Below, in pieces: positions 46,681-57,050 of a DNA stretch of 64,000 nt. Position 1 is the stretch's first letter, and every line of letters starts with the position of its first letter. The stretch lies in NCBI GenBank assembly GCA_003151615.1, contig PLXZ01000004.1, positions 46,118 through 110,117 on the forward strand, written 5' to 3'. A program made the translations under genes and the position numbers. The notes under the pieces were generated by a model that worked only from the letters and a program-made list of their open reading frames with translations, searched no databases and was not told where the DNA came from. The stretch is from Candidatus Tayloriibacteriota bacterium (GTDB lineage Bacteria; Patescibacteriota; Minisyncoccia; Phycocordibacterales; PALSA-1337).

Positions 46681-46827
46681 TTAATCTTTCGGTTTCGTCT
46701 CGGCGTCTTTGTGAGCCTGTGCCGCGTCCTCGTGTTTTTCTGCGGCTTCTTCGTGCGCTTCATTCACTTTTACATCGGCGTCATGGGCCGCTTCATCCGC
46801 CTTTTCCAATTTGTCGTCTTGTGCCAT
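46681..46827 (-). CDS. 48-aa hydrophilic, LEA/hydrophilin-like small protein
   Basis: Manual translation MAQDDKLEKADEAAHDADVKVNEAHEEAAEKHEDAAQAHKDAETKPKD*. Confidence 0.65.
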   Translation of the reverse strand: MAQDDKLEKADEAAHDADVKVNEAHEEAAEKHEDAAQAHKDAETKPKD

Positions 46828-46916
46828 AATTTTTGCCTTTCACGTTGTTCAATTTTATATGTAACCAGCATATATGACGCTAAATAGTCGGCAGTATTTC
46901 ATTCTCTCATTTGCTG

Positions 46917-47001
46917 TGCCCGGGGTGGGGGTCGAACCCACACGGCCTTACGGCCACAAAATTTTAAGTCTTGCGTGTATAACCAGTTTCACCACCCGGG
47001 C
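46917..47001 (-). tRNA. tRNA-Leu(TAA)
   Basis: Reverse complement GCCCGGG...CAAGA-CTTAAAA-TTTTG with a variable arm. Confidence 0.92.
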
Positions 47002-47036
47002 ATTTTATTTTCAAAACTGACATCGTTTCAATCGTG

Positions 47037-47110
47037 AGATCCAGGCCGGGCTCGAACCGGCGCATAACGCTTTTGCAGAGCGTCGCGTTGACCAACTTCG
47101 CCACTGGATC
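47037..47110 (-). tRNA. tRNA-Cys(GCA)
   Basis: Reverse complement GATCCAG...ACGCT-CTGCAAA-AGCGT; U73 discriminator. Confidence 0.92.
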
Positions 47111-47145
47111 TTGCGGGCAGGGCCCGTTCTAAACCTTCTAGTATT

Positions 47146-47475
47146 CTATATGGTATGCGAGATTTCGTCTATTTTCTGGCGATTTTTCTCGCCGCCGTCG
47201 ATTTCGAAGTCGAAGAAGGGAATGCGGTGCATGCGCGATTTTTCCATGAAGAAATGGCGGAAGTCGCCGCGCGAGCGTTTTAAGAAATCATAGGCGGCTT
47301 TTTCTTTTTCGATCGGCAGGACTGTGAAATAAATCATGGCCAGTTTGCCGTTGTCCGAAATACCGACATGCGTCACGGTAATGAGCGAAAGGCCGTTTGA
47401 TTCGCGCGCGATGAATTCGCCCGCTTTCGCGATTATCAGATCCCTCAGTCTGCCGTCTTTTATTTCGTCCGCCAT
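47146..47475 (-). CDS. rbfA: Ribosome-binding factor A
   Basis: ITVTHV.IS.....A.IYF, RIPF..F.ID; follows infB. Confidence 0.85.
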   Translation of the reverse strand: MADEIKDGRLRDLIIAKAGEFIARESNGLSLITVTHVGISDNGKLAMIYFTVLPIEKEKAAYDFLKRSRGDFRHFFMEKSRMHRIPFFDFEIDGGEKNRQKIDEISHTI

Positions 47476-47512
47476 ATTATTATTTTAGATTATTTGTCAT
47501 GAGCGCCGGCAG

Positions 47513-49078
47513 TTACTGCTTCGCCGCCATCTTTTCCACGACTTTGAAACCCTCGATTTTATCGCCGACCGCAATTTCAATTTTTGATTCGATGAGGGAA
47601 CCGAATTCGTAGCCTTCGCGGACTTCGGATGCCTTCACCTTCTGCTGTTGGAGTTCCTTCACGCGTCCGTGTCCGATGACCGCATCGCGTCGCAGGATTT
47701 TCACCTCCGAGCCGACGCTAATTTCGCCTTCCTGCACTTTGCCGCCCAGAATCTGCCGGTCCTTTACCTTGCTGAAGATTGCCAGGATTTTTGCCTTGCC
47801 GGTTGATTCCTCCATGAATTCCTTTGGCACCTTTTCGGCAACCGCGTTTTTGACGTATTCGATGAGCTCGTAGATGATTTTGAATTCGCGGATATTGATC
47901 GGAGCTTCGGCCGTTGCACGTTCAAGGATGCTCTTTGCGCGGGTATCAGGTTTCGCATTGAAGGCGAGAATTGTGATTGAAGGATCGCCCTGCGCCGTTT
48001 TGACATCGCTTTCTGAAACGACGCCGACGCCTTCGATGACGATTTTTATCGCAACCTTGTCGTTTTTGATTTTGGCAAGTTCGTGGCGGATGCCGTCGAG
48101 ACTGCCGGCCGCGTCGCTTTTGATGATGAAGGGCACAATAATTTTGTTTGAGTTTGCCGAATTGTTTGAAGAGGATTGCGTCGCCGTGCTTTTCGGCTTG
48201 AATGCCGCGGCCAACGTTTCTGCTTCTTTTTTCCCTGCTACGACAGTGAAAGGGGAACCGGCCGGCGGAAGTTTATTCCATCCGACGACGCCGACAGGGC
48301 TCGAGAAACTCGCGGACGCAATTGTTTTGCCGGAATAGTCTTCCAACGCCCGAACCGGAGAGATGGCGTCTTCCGCCACAATATATGTACCTGTCTGAAG
48401 CGTACCATTTTTGATGATGAGGGTCGCGGAAATGCCTTTTTTATTGTCGAGATGGGCTTCGATGATTGCTCCCTGCGCCGGCGCATTTTTGTCGGCTTTC
48501 AAATCGGCGAATTCGGCTACGAGCATGATCATGTCGAGAAGTTCGGGAATACCCTGGCCATTAAGGGCGGAAATGGGAACGAACGAAATATCTCCGCCGT
48601 AACCTTCCAAATATATTTCATTTTCGGCGAGATTTATTTTTGTGCGGTCGATATTCGCGCCCGGCTTGTCGATTTTATTTATCGCAACGATGTACGGAAG
48701 TTTTTCGTCCTTTATGCATTTGAGTGCTTCGAGGGTCTGCGGTTTGACGCCATCTTCGGCTGAGATGACAAGCACTGCAATATCGGCAACGCGCGCGCCA
48801 CGTTCGCGGATGGCGCAGAAGGCCTCGTGTCCCGGCGTATCGATGAAGGTGATTTTGTGCGCAATAGAATTTTCCTGCGCGGTTTTGCCCGTGCCGGTTT
48901 TGTGTTCGACTTCATACGCGCCGAGATGCTGGGTGATGCCGCCCGCTTCGCCTCCGACCACGTTCGTTTTGCGGATATAGTCGAGAAGGGTCGATTTTCC
49001 ATGGTCAATATGACCCATGACGACGACGACAGGGGGACGCAGAGTCATGTTTTCAGGCTGTTTTTTCGGGGCTGCCAT
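47513..49078 (-). CDS. infB: Translation initiation factor IF-2 (short, lacking the N-terminal extension)
   Basis: RPPVVVVMGHIDHGKS, AGGITQH, DTPGHEAF, NKID. Confidence 0.97.
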   Translation of the reverse strand: MAAPKKQPENMTLRPPVVVVMGHIDHGKSTLLDYIRKTNVVGGEAGGITQHLGAYEVEHKTGTGKTAQENSIAHKITFIDTPGHEAFCAIRERGARVADIAVLVISAEDGVKPQTLEALKCIKDEKLPYIVAINKIDKPGANIDRTKINLAENEIYLEGYGGDISFVPISALNGQGIPELLDMIMLVAEFADLKADKNAPAQGAIIEAHLDNKKGISATLIIKNGTLQTGTYIVAEDAISPVRALEDYSGKTIASASFSSPVGVVGWNKLPPAGSPFTVVAGKKEAETLAAAFKPKSTATQSSSNNSANSNKIIVPFIIKSDAAGSLDGIRHELAKIKNDKVAIKIVIEGVGVVSESDVKTAQGDPSITILAFNAKPDTRAKSILERATAEAPINIREFKIIYELIEYVKNAVAEKVPKEFMEESTGKAKILAIFSKVKDRQILGGKVQEGEISVGSEVKILRRDAVIGHGRVKELQQQKVKASEVREGYEFGSLIESKIEIAVGDKIEGFKVVEKMAAKQ

Positions 49079-49139
49079 AGGAAACCTAGCATACCAGAAA
49101 AATCAGAGATTGACAATTCCATCCCTTAGAAACGAGGCT

Positions 49140-49635
49140 TTATGGATTAGAATAACAGCCAGTTTGGTTCCAGGCATTGCTTTGATTTGTGGACATTGAC
49201 TGTCCGTCGCTTCCGATACAGATGAATACTTGAGCCGAAGGCAGCCACGCCATGAAGGAATATTTTTTAAATCCGCTCGCGCTTCCGTTATAAAAAGTAT
49301 CGGAGGACCCACTCCACCAAGGTGAACCTTTATTTGCATTAGTAATTTCGTTACATACCGCCACCTCCGAGCTTGCGTAAGCACTGCCCGAATTGAAAGC
49401 GGAGGAGCAACTTGTTGTCTGAGGAATCCAATTTCCCGACTGCACCGCGGCGTAGTTGCCGGAAACCGAATATTCTTCCTCGGCAAGAATTTGCAGTTGA
49501 CGCATCTTTTCCTTTGGCGCGCGCCGCGCTCAACGACGCCAATACTATTGACGATAGAAGTCCGATAATGGAAATGACGACGAGAAGCTCTATGAGAGTA
49601 AACCCTTTATCTTTTTTTAATGCAGTAAAAGTCAT
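49140..49635 (-). pseudogene. Type IV pilin with N-methylation motif, frameshifted near 49500
   Basis: KGFTLIELLVVISIIGLL...ARAKGKDAS in one frame; the pilin-like continuation MRQLQILAEEEY...C...C...C is in another frame. Confidence 0.7.
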
Positions 49636-49654
49636 ATGGTAATGAATATTGAAT

Positions 49655-49948
49655 CTATGAAGATGTCGGGGCAGCTCCTTCATGCATGCTTTGCAATTGC
49701 TGCTGTATTTGCTGTTGTTGGGCCGGGGTCAACGGACTCTGTCCTCTCCCGTACGTGGCGTAAAGAATGACCCCTGTCACGACAAGAGCGGCAATAATCA
49801 CAATGATAAAAACCCTGTTGGCCTGATCGGACGTTTTTACTATGCCTGTTGAAAGAAGCCAGCGTACCAAACCGGGTTGTTCGTTGCTCGACTGAAACCT
49901 CGCATAGAGAATCGAGGGTCTTTTTTCATCATTAAATTCTACCGACAT
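49655..49948 (-). CDS. Single-TM hypothetical protein
   Basis: 97 aa with a TM segment and Gln-rich tail. Confidence 0.65.
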   Translation of the reverse strand: MSVEFNDEKRPSILYARFQSSNEQPGLVRWLLSTGIVKTSDQANRVFIIVIIAALVVTGVILYATYGRGQSPLTPAQQQQIQQQLQSMHEGAAPTSS

Positions 49949-49968
49949 GTTTTTTTGTGCATCATTTA

Positions 49969-50478
49969 TTATACTACGTTAGTCGTCACCATTCCTTTTT
50001 GAGCCTCCTTCAATGCCGCCGTTTCCTCTTCGGAAAGTTCGAATTCGGGCTTGCCGGCTTTTACGGGTTTTGAAAAAATGCTGACGTGTTCGCGGGAGTA
50101 GAGGCTGGAGAGAATAACACCATCGCCGTCCTGATTCAAAAATGCGGTGGCGAAACTCTGGTTGCCGCCGGAGCCTGTGCCTTTGAAGGGATTGAAACGA
50201 ATGGTTTGCACGGACTGCACGCTTTTTTTGAGGCGCGATTCGACGGTCGTGAGATATTTTTCGAGTTCCGCGCGGAATTTCTCAATGTCCTTCATGTTGG
50301 TTGCGATTTCGTTAATGCCTGCTTCTATATTTTTTGCCCCAGCAGATCCGCCGAGCAGACGTTTGATTTTAGACTGCATTCTGACAACGAGAATCACCAG
50401 GACAACCAAAATAATCGCGAAGAGTGCCAGTGCGGCGAGAATGAAAACAGGAGGAATGTTTATCAATGCGAATGTCAT
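49969..50478 (-). CDS. DUF4446-like membrane-anchored protein
   Basis: TM, coiled coil, RFNPF...GG.QSFA.A.L...GDGV.LSSL.SR. Confidence 0.8.
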   Translation of the reverse strand: MTFALINIPPVFILAALALFAIILVVLVILVVRMQSKIKRLLGGSAGAKNIEAGINEIATNMKDIEKFRAELEKYLTTVESRLKKSVQSVQTIRFNPFKGTGSGGNQSFATAFLNQDGDGVILSSLYSREHVSIFSKPVKAGKPEFELSEEETAALKEAQKGMVTTNVV

Positions 50479-50525
50479 AAATAGTATGGGCTAAGTATAA
50501 AACACGCCTATGATATACTCAAGGC

Positions 50526-51728
50526 ATGAAACGAGTTTATCTGGATTACGCATCACTTACGCCGGTTGACAAGAGGGTGGAGCGCGTTGTTGCCGACTAT
50601 GCAAAAACGGAACGAAAGGGTATTTACGCGAATCCCTCCTCTATATACGCCGCAGGAGTCGAAGCAAAAAAAGTTTTGGAGCAGGCACGCGCCAGTGTGG
50701 CGAAGTTTTTGAACGCGCATGCCGATGAAATTATTTTTACTTCCGGCGGCACCGAATCGAACGGTTTGGCATTGGAAGGCGCGGGCCGGGCATTTCGGCA
50801 TGCAGGCAACGAAAAACCCCACCTGATTATTTCAGCGATCGAACACTCATCCGTGATCGAAATCGCCGCGATGATGGAAAAACATGGCTGTGAAGTCACG
50901 CGTCTTTCCGTCGATCATTCCGGCATGGTATCGCTTGATGAATTGAAAAAGTCCATCAGGCCGAATACGTTCATGGTTTCCATAATGACGGTCAACAATG
51001 AAATTGGAGTGATGCAGCCCATGCGCGAAATCGCAAAAATTATCCGTCATGCCCGAACAAATATTACAAAAAGCGCATATCCGCTTTTTCATACTGACGC
51101 CGCGCAAGCTGCACTCTATTATGATCTCAATGTTGAAAAGCTAGGCGCCGATTTGATCACCCTTGATTCGATAAAAATATACGGCCCGCGAGGCATCGGC
51201 GCGCTCTATATAAAGAGGGGAACGCTAATTGAACAAATAATGTACGGCGGTGGTCAGGAAAAAGGGTTGCGCTCGGGCACTGAAAACATCGCGGGCATTT
51301 CCGGCTTCGCAAAAGCCCTGGAAATTGCGGCGGAAGAAAGGGAAGAAGAAACGAAACGGATTGCCGGCTTGCGTGATTACTTTATTGAAAAATTAAAGAC
51401 GAAATTTCCGAAACTGATTGTGCATGGGGTGCATATTCCCGGCGACGCCGAAAAAAGGATTGCGAATAATATAAACGTGACTCTTAATGACGCCGACCAT
51501 GAATTTTTCCTGCTTCAGTTGGATGTGCGCGGCGTGGTGTGCTCGACCAAAAGCGCATGCCTGCGCGATGAAGACGAGTCGTACGTCATCCGCGCGCTGT
51601 CCAAAAATACAGCCGGAAATTCTTCAAAAAAAGTGCCGCAGTCGCTCCGTTTTTCCCTCGGCCGCTCCACAAAGAAAAAAGACATAGATTACGCCTTGAA
51701 AATGATTGACGACATACTTTCCGTATGA
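50526..51728 (+). CDS. iscS: Cysteine desulfurase (IscS/NifS family)
   Basis: YLDYASLTP, FTSGGTESN, HTDAAQA, KIYGP.G.G, RSGTEN, SAC. Confidence 0.9.
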   Translation: MKRVYLDYASLTPVDKRVERVVADYAKTERKGIYANPSSIYAAGVEAKKVLEQARASVAKFLNAHADEIIFTSGGTESNGLALEGAGRAFRHAGNEKPHLIISAIEHSSVIEIAAMMEKHGCEVTRLSVDHSGMVSLDELKKSIRPNTFMVSIMTVNNEIGVMQPMREIAKIIRHARTNITKSAYPLFHTDAAQAALYYDLNVEKLGADLITLDSIKIYGPRGIGALYIKRGTLIEQIMYGGGQEKGLRSGTENIAGISGFAKALEIAAEEREEETKRIAGLRDYFIEKLKTKFPKLIVHGVHIPGDAEKRIANNINVTLNDADHEFFLLQLDVRGVVCSTKSACLRDEDESYVIRALSKNTAGNSSKKVPQSLRFSLGRSTKKKDIDYALKMIDDILSV

Positions 51729-51757
51729 TTAAATGCAGGTAATCATACGACTTCCAT

Positions 51758-52624
51758 ATGGAACATCTCACCAAACAACAAATCGTCCTCCTCACTCTTT
51801 TTACGAGTTTTGTGACGTCTATCGCCACCGGTATCGTGACGGTTGCCCTCGTTGACCAGGCTCCGGCGACCGTGACCGGCACCGTTAACCACGTCATTGA
51901 ACGTACGATTGAAGAAATCGTTCCGCCCGCTTCGACGGGTTCGGGCGGCTCTGCCCAATCAGCTTCGGCATCGAATGCGGCTGCAAGCGCTTTTTCAGAC
52001 CCGGCGGACCAGATCGCCGCCGCGACTGCCATCGGCCAGCAGAGCGTGGTTCGCATAATGCTCGGCAACAATGTCACGGGACTTGGCGTTGTGGCGGCTT
52101 CGAGCGGCATCATCATAGCCGACAAATCTTCCGTTGCGATGCCCGGAAATTACGTTGCCATTTCATCGACGGGCGCACAGTATCCGCTCCAGGTCATCCA
52201 GAAGCAAAATAACGGCGACGTCGTATTTTTGTTGGCCGGTCCGGTCGTGACGCCCGGCCCCGCTCCGGCGACAAGTAGGCAATCGTCATTAGTACCGGCA
52301 ACGTTCGCTTCGCTTGCAGGTCCGAATGCGCCGCTCCTTGGCGAGACCGTCATCGCGCTTTCAAATTCCGGCTCCGGCATCGGTTCAGCCGCGGTCTCCG
52401 AAGGCATCATCCAAAAAATAAATATGACTCCCGACAGCAATGGAATTGTTGACGCAAGTTCGACCATCGCTTCATTCTCGACGAGTATTGATTCGCCGGA
52501 CATAACCGTCGGCAGCGCGCTTTTTGACGCCAACGGCAATCTTCTCGGTATGAAAACATTGAGCAATTTGCCCGGTAATTTCTATCCGATCGGCTATTTG
52601 GAAGCGATGGTGCCGGCGTTGTAG
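51758..52624 (+). CDS. Membrane-anchored trypsin-like (HtrA-related) domain protein, catalytic motifs not evident
   Basis: N-terminal TM, SVVRI, G.GVV...G.II, LGETVIAL, GSALFD.NG.LLG; no GNSGG. Confidence 0.6.
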   Translation: MEHLTKQQIVLLTLFTSFVTSIATGIVTVALVDQAPATVTGTVNHVIERTIEEIVPPASTGSGGSAQSASASNAAASAFSDPADQIAAATAIGQQSVVRIMLGNNVTGLGVVAASSGIIIADKSSVAMPGNYVAISSTGAQYPLQVIQKQNNGDVVFLLAGPVVTPGPAPATSRQSSLVPATFASLAGPNAPLLGETVIALSNSGSGIGSAAVSEGIIQKINMTPDSNGIVDASSTIASFSTSIDSPDITVGSALFDANGNLLGMKTLSNLPGNFYPIGYLEAMVPAL

Positions 52625-52681
52625 CCCCTGTTTTTACTTGAATCCCGCAATATTTTCTGATATGCTGGTGTAGTAAAGGCT

Positions 52682-55417
52682 ATGCCCCCATTCAAGAATT
52701 TCACCACAAAGGCAAAAGAAGCCATTCGCCGCGCACACGAACTAGCCATCGAACGCGGTCAGAACCATGTCAATCCGCTCCATCTCCTCTGTTCGCTCAT
52801 CCTCCAGGAAGAAAGCATGGTCGCCTCCATTTTGGACAAGCTCGAAATTGATACGATGATGCTGACCGATTTGATTTTGGAGCAAATTGAAGCTCCCGAA
52901 TCGACGAACGTTTTGTCTCCGTCGTACCAGATTTATTTGACGCCGGATCTCGCTTCAATCATGGAGCACGCCGGGAAGGAAGCCGCCGGATTGAAAGACG
53001 AATTTATTTCCACGGAACATTTGTTTGTGGCTGTGTTTGACGTTGCCGGACATGCCCGCGATGTGTTGGCTCGTTTCAAAATCGACAAAGACAGCGTCAT
53101 CCGCATCATCCAGGAATTACGCGCGTCGCCGATTGCCGATTCCGACAAGCCGAAACGCTTTCGCACGCTCGCAAAATACGCACGCTCGCTGACGAAGCTG
53201 GCGAAAGACAATAAACTGGACCCGGTCATTGGTCGCGACGCGGAAATTTTGCGCGTCATTCAGATTCTGTCGCGACGCACGAAAAATAATCCTATTCTAA
53301 TTGGTGAAGCCGGTGTTGGTAAAACCGCAATCGCCGAAGGCCTCGCAATTCGCATGGCTCAGGGCGATGTGCCGGAATCTTTGAAGGACAAGGAATTGGT
53401 TTCGCTTGACCTTGGTTCTCTCATTGCCGGAACGAAATACCGAGGTGAATTCGAAGAACGCCTCAAAAACATTTTGAAGGAAATCGAAGCGGCCGAAGGA
53501 AAAATAATTTTGTTTGTCGATGAAATACATACTATTGTAGGAGCGGGTGCGAGCGAGGGCTCGATGGATGCTTCGAATATGCTGAAACCTGCATTGTCCC
53601 GCGGGGAACTACGCGCAATTGGTGCGACGACTCTCAAGGAATACCAGAAACACATTGAAAAGGACCCTGCTTTGACACGACGTTTCCAGCCAGTCTATGT
53701 CACGGAGCCTTCAATTGAAGACGCCATCGCCATTTTGCGCGGCTTGAAGGAAAAATACGAACTCTATCACGGTGTTCATATTACCGACGATGCAATTGTC
53801 GCCGCAGTTAATCTGTCGTCACGCTACATTGCCGACCGGTTTTTGCCGGACAAAACTGTTGACTTGATTGACGAAGCCGCTTCCGCCCTGAAAATTTCGC
53901 TCGAAAACATGCCGCCGGAATTGGAGGAGACGCGCCGAAAAATTATGCGACTCGAAATCGAGCGCGAGGCCCTGAAAAAGGAAACCGATCCGATTGCCAA
54001 AGCTCGGACCAAAAAAATCGAAAAGGAAATCGCCGATTTGCGGGAGGGTACGTCCGAATTGGAATTGAAATGGAAAAACGAAAAGGATACTATCACGGAT
54101 ATTAAAACCATTAAAAAATCGCTTGAATCGCTGCGTATCGAAGCCGAACGCGCCGAAGCAACCGCCGATTTGGCCAAAGCCGCGGAAATCCGCTACGGAA
54201 AAATTCCGGCTCTCGAAAAAGATTTGGAGGCAAAGGCAAAGCGTCTGAAAAAATTGCAGTCGTCGCGCCGCATTTTGAAGGAGGAAATCACCGAGCAGGA
54301 CATCGCCGATGTCGTTTCGCGCTGGACGGGCATTCCGGTTTCGCGAATGTTGGAGGCGGAGATGCAAAAACTGTCGCGCATGGATCATGATTTGCAACAG
54401 CGCATTGTCGGTCAGGACGAAGCCGTCAAAAAAATCGCCGATACCATCAAACGTTCGCGCGCCGGCATCGCCGACCCGAACCGTCCGATCGGTTCGTTCA
54501 TTTTCCTCGGGCCTACCGGCGTGGGTAAAACCGAACTGACAAAAGCCCTCGCCGAGTTCCTCTTCAACGATGAAAAAGCCCTCATCCGTGTCGACATGTC
54601 CGAATATATGGAAAAGCATTCCGTATCGCGTCTGATTGGAGCGCCTCCCGGCTATGTCGGCCACGACGAAGGCGGGGGACTGACCGAGCTTGTCCGTCAC
54701 CGCCCATATTCCGTGATTCTTTTCGACGAAATCGAAAAGGCCCATCCGGAAGTTTTCAACATACTTCTCCAGGTTCTCGACAATGGACGTCTGACCGACA
54801 GCAAGGGCCGCACCGTCAACTTTAAAAATACCGTTATAATCATGACCTCGAACATCGGCGCGCAATACATCGAAAAAATGGAAAAAATTGGCTTTGCAAA
54901 GGAACTCGACGCGGCCGCGGCCGAAAAGGCAAATTACGAAGAGACAAAAACGCGCGTCATGGCATCGCTCAAGGACTACTTCCGCCCGGAATTTTTGAAC
55001 CGCGTTGACGACATCATTCTGTTCGACATCTTGAGCAAGGAATCGATCGAAAAAATCGTGCGCATCCAGGTTCAGGCCGTTGTCGAGCGTCTCCGCACCA
55101 AGGATATCAATCTCATCGTTTCGCCCGAAGTCATCGCGTATCTCGCGAAACAAGGCTATGATCCGCACTACGGCGCGCGTCCGTTGAAACGCCTCATTCA
55201 AAACAAAATCCTGACGCCGGTCGCCGGGCTTATGATTACGCACGGCGTTGCGAAAGGGGGCACTATTAATGTCGGCATAAAGGATTCGCAGTTTAAAAAA
55301 GACGGTGCCGCCCGCGCGGCCGGCCAACCCACCGAGCAGGAATTCACATTCGACGTGAAGAAGAAAGCAAAAGCTGAAAATCAGATGATCGTATCGAAAA
55401 TGTCCTTGCAGAAATAG
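52682..55417 (+). CDS. clpB: AAA+ disaggregase ClpB
   Basis: Two NBDs ([16 protein letters not shown]), long M-domain with [22 protein letters not shown]. Confidence 0.95.
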   Translation: MPPFKNFTTKAKEAIRRAHELAIERGQNHVNPLHLLCSLILQEESMVASILDKLEIDTMMLTDLILEQIEAPESTNVLSPSYQIYLTPDLASIMEHAGKEAAGLKDEFISTEHLFVAVFDVAGHARDVLARFKIDKDSVIRIIQELRASPIADSDKPKRFRTLAKYARSLTKLAKDNKLDPVIGRDAEILRVIQILSRRTKNNPILIGEAGVGKTAIAEGLAIRMAQGDVPESLKDKELVSLDLGSLIAGTKYRGEFEERLKNILKEIEAAEGKIILFVDEIHTIVGAGASEGSMDASNMLKPALSRGELRAIGATTLKEYQKHIEKDPALTRRFQPVYVTEPSIEDAIAILRGLKEKYELYHGVHITDDAIVAAVNLSSRYIADRFLPDKTVDLIDEAASALKISLENMPPELEETRRKIMRLEIEREALKKETDPIAKARTKKIEKEIADLREGTSELELKWKNEKDTITDIKTIKKSLESLRIEAERAEATADLAKAAEIRYGKIPALEKDLEAKAKRLKKLQSSRRILKEEITEQDIADVVSRWTGIPVSRMLEAEMQKLSRMDHDLQQRIVGQDEAVKKIADTIKRSRAGIADPNRPIGSFIFLGPTGVGKTELTKALAEFLFNDEKALIRVDMSEYMEKHSVSRLIGAPPGYVGHDEGGGLTELVRHRPYSVILFDEIEKAHPEVFNILLQVLDNGRLTDSKGRTVNFKNTVIIMTSNIGAQYIEKMEKIGFAKELDAAAAEKANYEETKTRVMASLKDYFRPEFLNRVDDIILFDILSKESIEKIVRIQVQAVVERLRTKDINLIVSPEVIAYLAKQGYDPHYGARPLKRLIQNKILTPVAGLMITHGVAKGGTINVGIKDSQFKKDGAARAAGQPTEQEFTFDVKKKAKAENQMIVSKMSLQK

Positions 55418-55438
55418 ATTTTTTGGTATACTGATAGC

Positions 55439-56233
55439 ATGCTAGACGACCATGAGAGCACTGCAAAGTTTGCCTTGTTGCGTATAAGGTATATCCTGCG
55501 CTTGAGCTGGGCTTTGGCGTGGGCCAGATTTAAATTACGCATCGCCGGCAGGTATCTCGGCATATTCTGGTATATTCTGGAACCGCTGGCTTTTTTTCTC
55601 ATACTCCTCTCTCTCCAGATCAATGTCGGCGCCGCCTCTATCCCGCGCTATCCCGAATATCTCATGCTCGGGCTCATTATGACCAATTTTTTTATAAGTA
55701 CGATATCGGGCTCCATCGGGTCGATACGGGAGAACAAGAACATGGTTCAATCCATATCCATACCTCAGGAAGTGTTGCCCCTCTCGACCGTCATTCAATT
55801 TTGTTTCTCCCATGCCATCGAATTCCTATTTTTTATCGTGATAATTATCTATTACGGCATGTTTTCATGGGTTGTTCTGTGGTATATTCCTATTTTTGTC
55901 GTCTTTGCCACCTTCGTGCTCGGCCTGTCATTCCTGTTCGCCACCCTCGGCGTTTTTATTGAAGATCTCAATAATATCTGGTCGGTCGGCAGTCGCCTCT
56001 TGTGGCTGGGCACCCCTATTTTTTATGCGCTCACGCCCGGCACGCTTCTCGCGCGCGCGAATGATTTTAATCCGCTCTACTATTTCATGACTTTTGCCAG
56101 GACCACCGTTGTCTATTCATCGGTTTCAGAAACGGCATTCATTTTTGGCGTCATCATTCTTTCGGTCCTGACGCTCATTATAGGTGAAGCGGTATTCAGT
56201 AAGACCAAAATATCTTTTGGTGAATATCTATGA
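55439..56233 (+). CDS. wzm: ABC-2 polysaccharide export permease (Wzm/TagG)
   Basis: LG.FW..LEPL, TPIFY, NPL.Y. Confidence 0.88.
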   Translation: MLDDHESTAKFALLRIRYILRLSWALAWARFKLRIAGRYLGIFWYILEPLAFFLILLSLQINVGAASIPRYPEYLMLGLIMTNFFISTISGSIGSIRENKNMVQSISIPQEVLPLSTVIQFCFSHAIEFLFFIVIIIYYGMFSWVVLWYIPIFVVFATFVLGLSFLFATLGVFIEDLNNIWSVGSRLLWLGTPIFYALTPGTLLARANDFNPLYYFMTFARTTVVYSSVSETAFIFGVIILSVLTLIIGEAVFSKTKISFGEYL

Positions 56234-57006
56234 TGAACATGTATAAAAAAACCCGATTGGCTGACAATGTGTTTATCGAGGTACAAGGCCTCTCAAAGAA
56301 ATTTCGGCTTCAAAGTAGGCCGCGGGTCATGCTCAATATATTTCTTTCTGCCGGCGCAAAGCGGGAGGACGTGTTGGTAGCCCTGAATGATATCAATATT
56401 TCGGTTGCGCGAGGCGAAGTGATTGGTCTCATCGGCAGGAACGGCAGCGGTAAAAGCACCCTTCTTAAGATATTAGCTGGATTGCATTCGAAAAATGCCG
56501 GCAGCGTGAGCATTTCCGGCCAGTCGCTGTATCTGTCCGGCCTCAATTTCGCCAGCAATCCATATATGACTGTCCGCGAGAATATATATCTCACGGGAAT
56601 GATCTTTGGTTTGCGTCAGAAAGAGATCTCGGCAAAGCTGCCGGGAATTCTTGATTTTTCTGGCCTTGCTCGATTTGTCGATACGGAGACGTTTAAACTG
56701 TCCTCCGGAATGATGGTTCGATTGAACACGTCAGTGGCATTTTATTGCATGGAACACACAAAACCCGATACGTTGCTTTTGGACGAAATAGTATCGACTG
56801 GCGGCGACATTGAGTTTCAAATAAAGAGCATCGAAAAGATAAAGAAACTGGTCCGAGGAGGGGCAACTGTACTCGTTGCCAGTCACGATCTTTCATTTAT
56901 AGAAAATTTTTGCGATCGAGTCATATGGTTAGAGTCCGGACAGATATTCAGGGAAGGCTTACCACCAAAAGTAGTGAATGAATATAAAGCAAAATACGGC
57001 GTTTAA
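56230..57006 (+). CDS. wzt: ABC polysaccharide export ATPase (Wzt/TagH)
   Basis: GRNGSGKST, SSGM..RL, LLLDE...GD..FQ.K. Confidence 0.9.
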   Translation: MMNMYKKTRLADNVFIEVQGLSKKFRLQSRPRVMLNIFLSAGAKREDVLVALNDINISVARGEVIGLIGRNGSGKSTLLKILAGLHSKNAGSVSISGQSLYLSGLNFASNPYMTVRENIYLTGMIFGLRQKEISAKLPGILDFSGLARFVDTETFKLSSGMMVRLNTSVAFYCMEHTKPDTLLLDEIVSTGGDIEFQIKSIEKIKKLVRGGATVLVASHDLSFIENFCDRVIWLESGQIFREGLPPKVVNEYKAKYGV

Positions 57007-57050
57007 ATATCAACACTTGACTAAGAATATTTTTTTGACATGATTAGCAC

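Noticed and set aside
53819-55327. 502-aa ORF antisense to clpB (and similar long antisense ORFs over gyrA, ftsA and 43942..45183)
   Set aside because: Shadow ORFs arising from codon bias of the real gene on the opposite strand.
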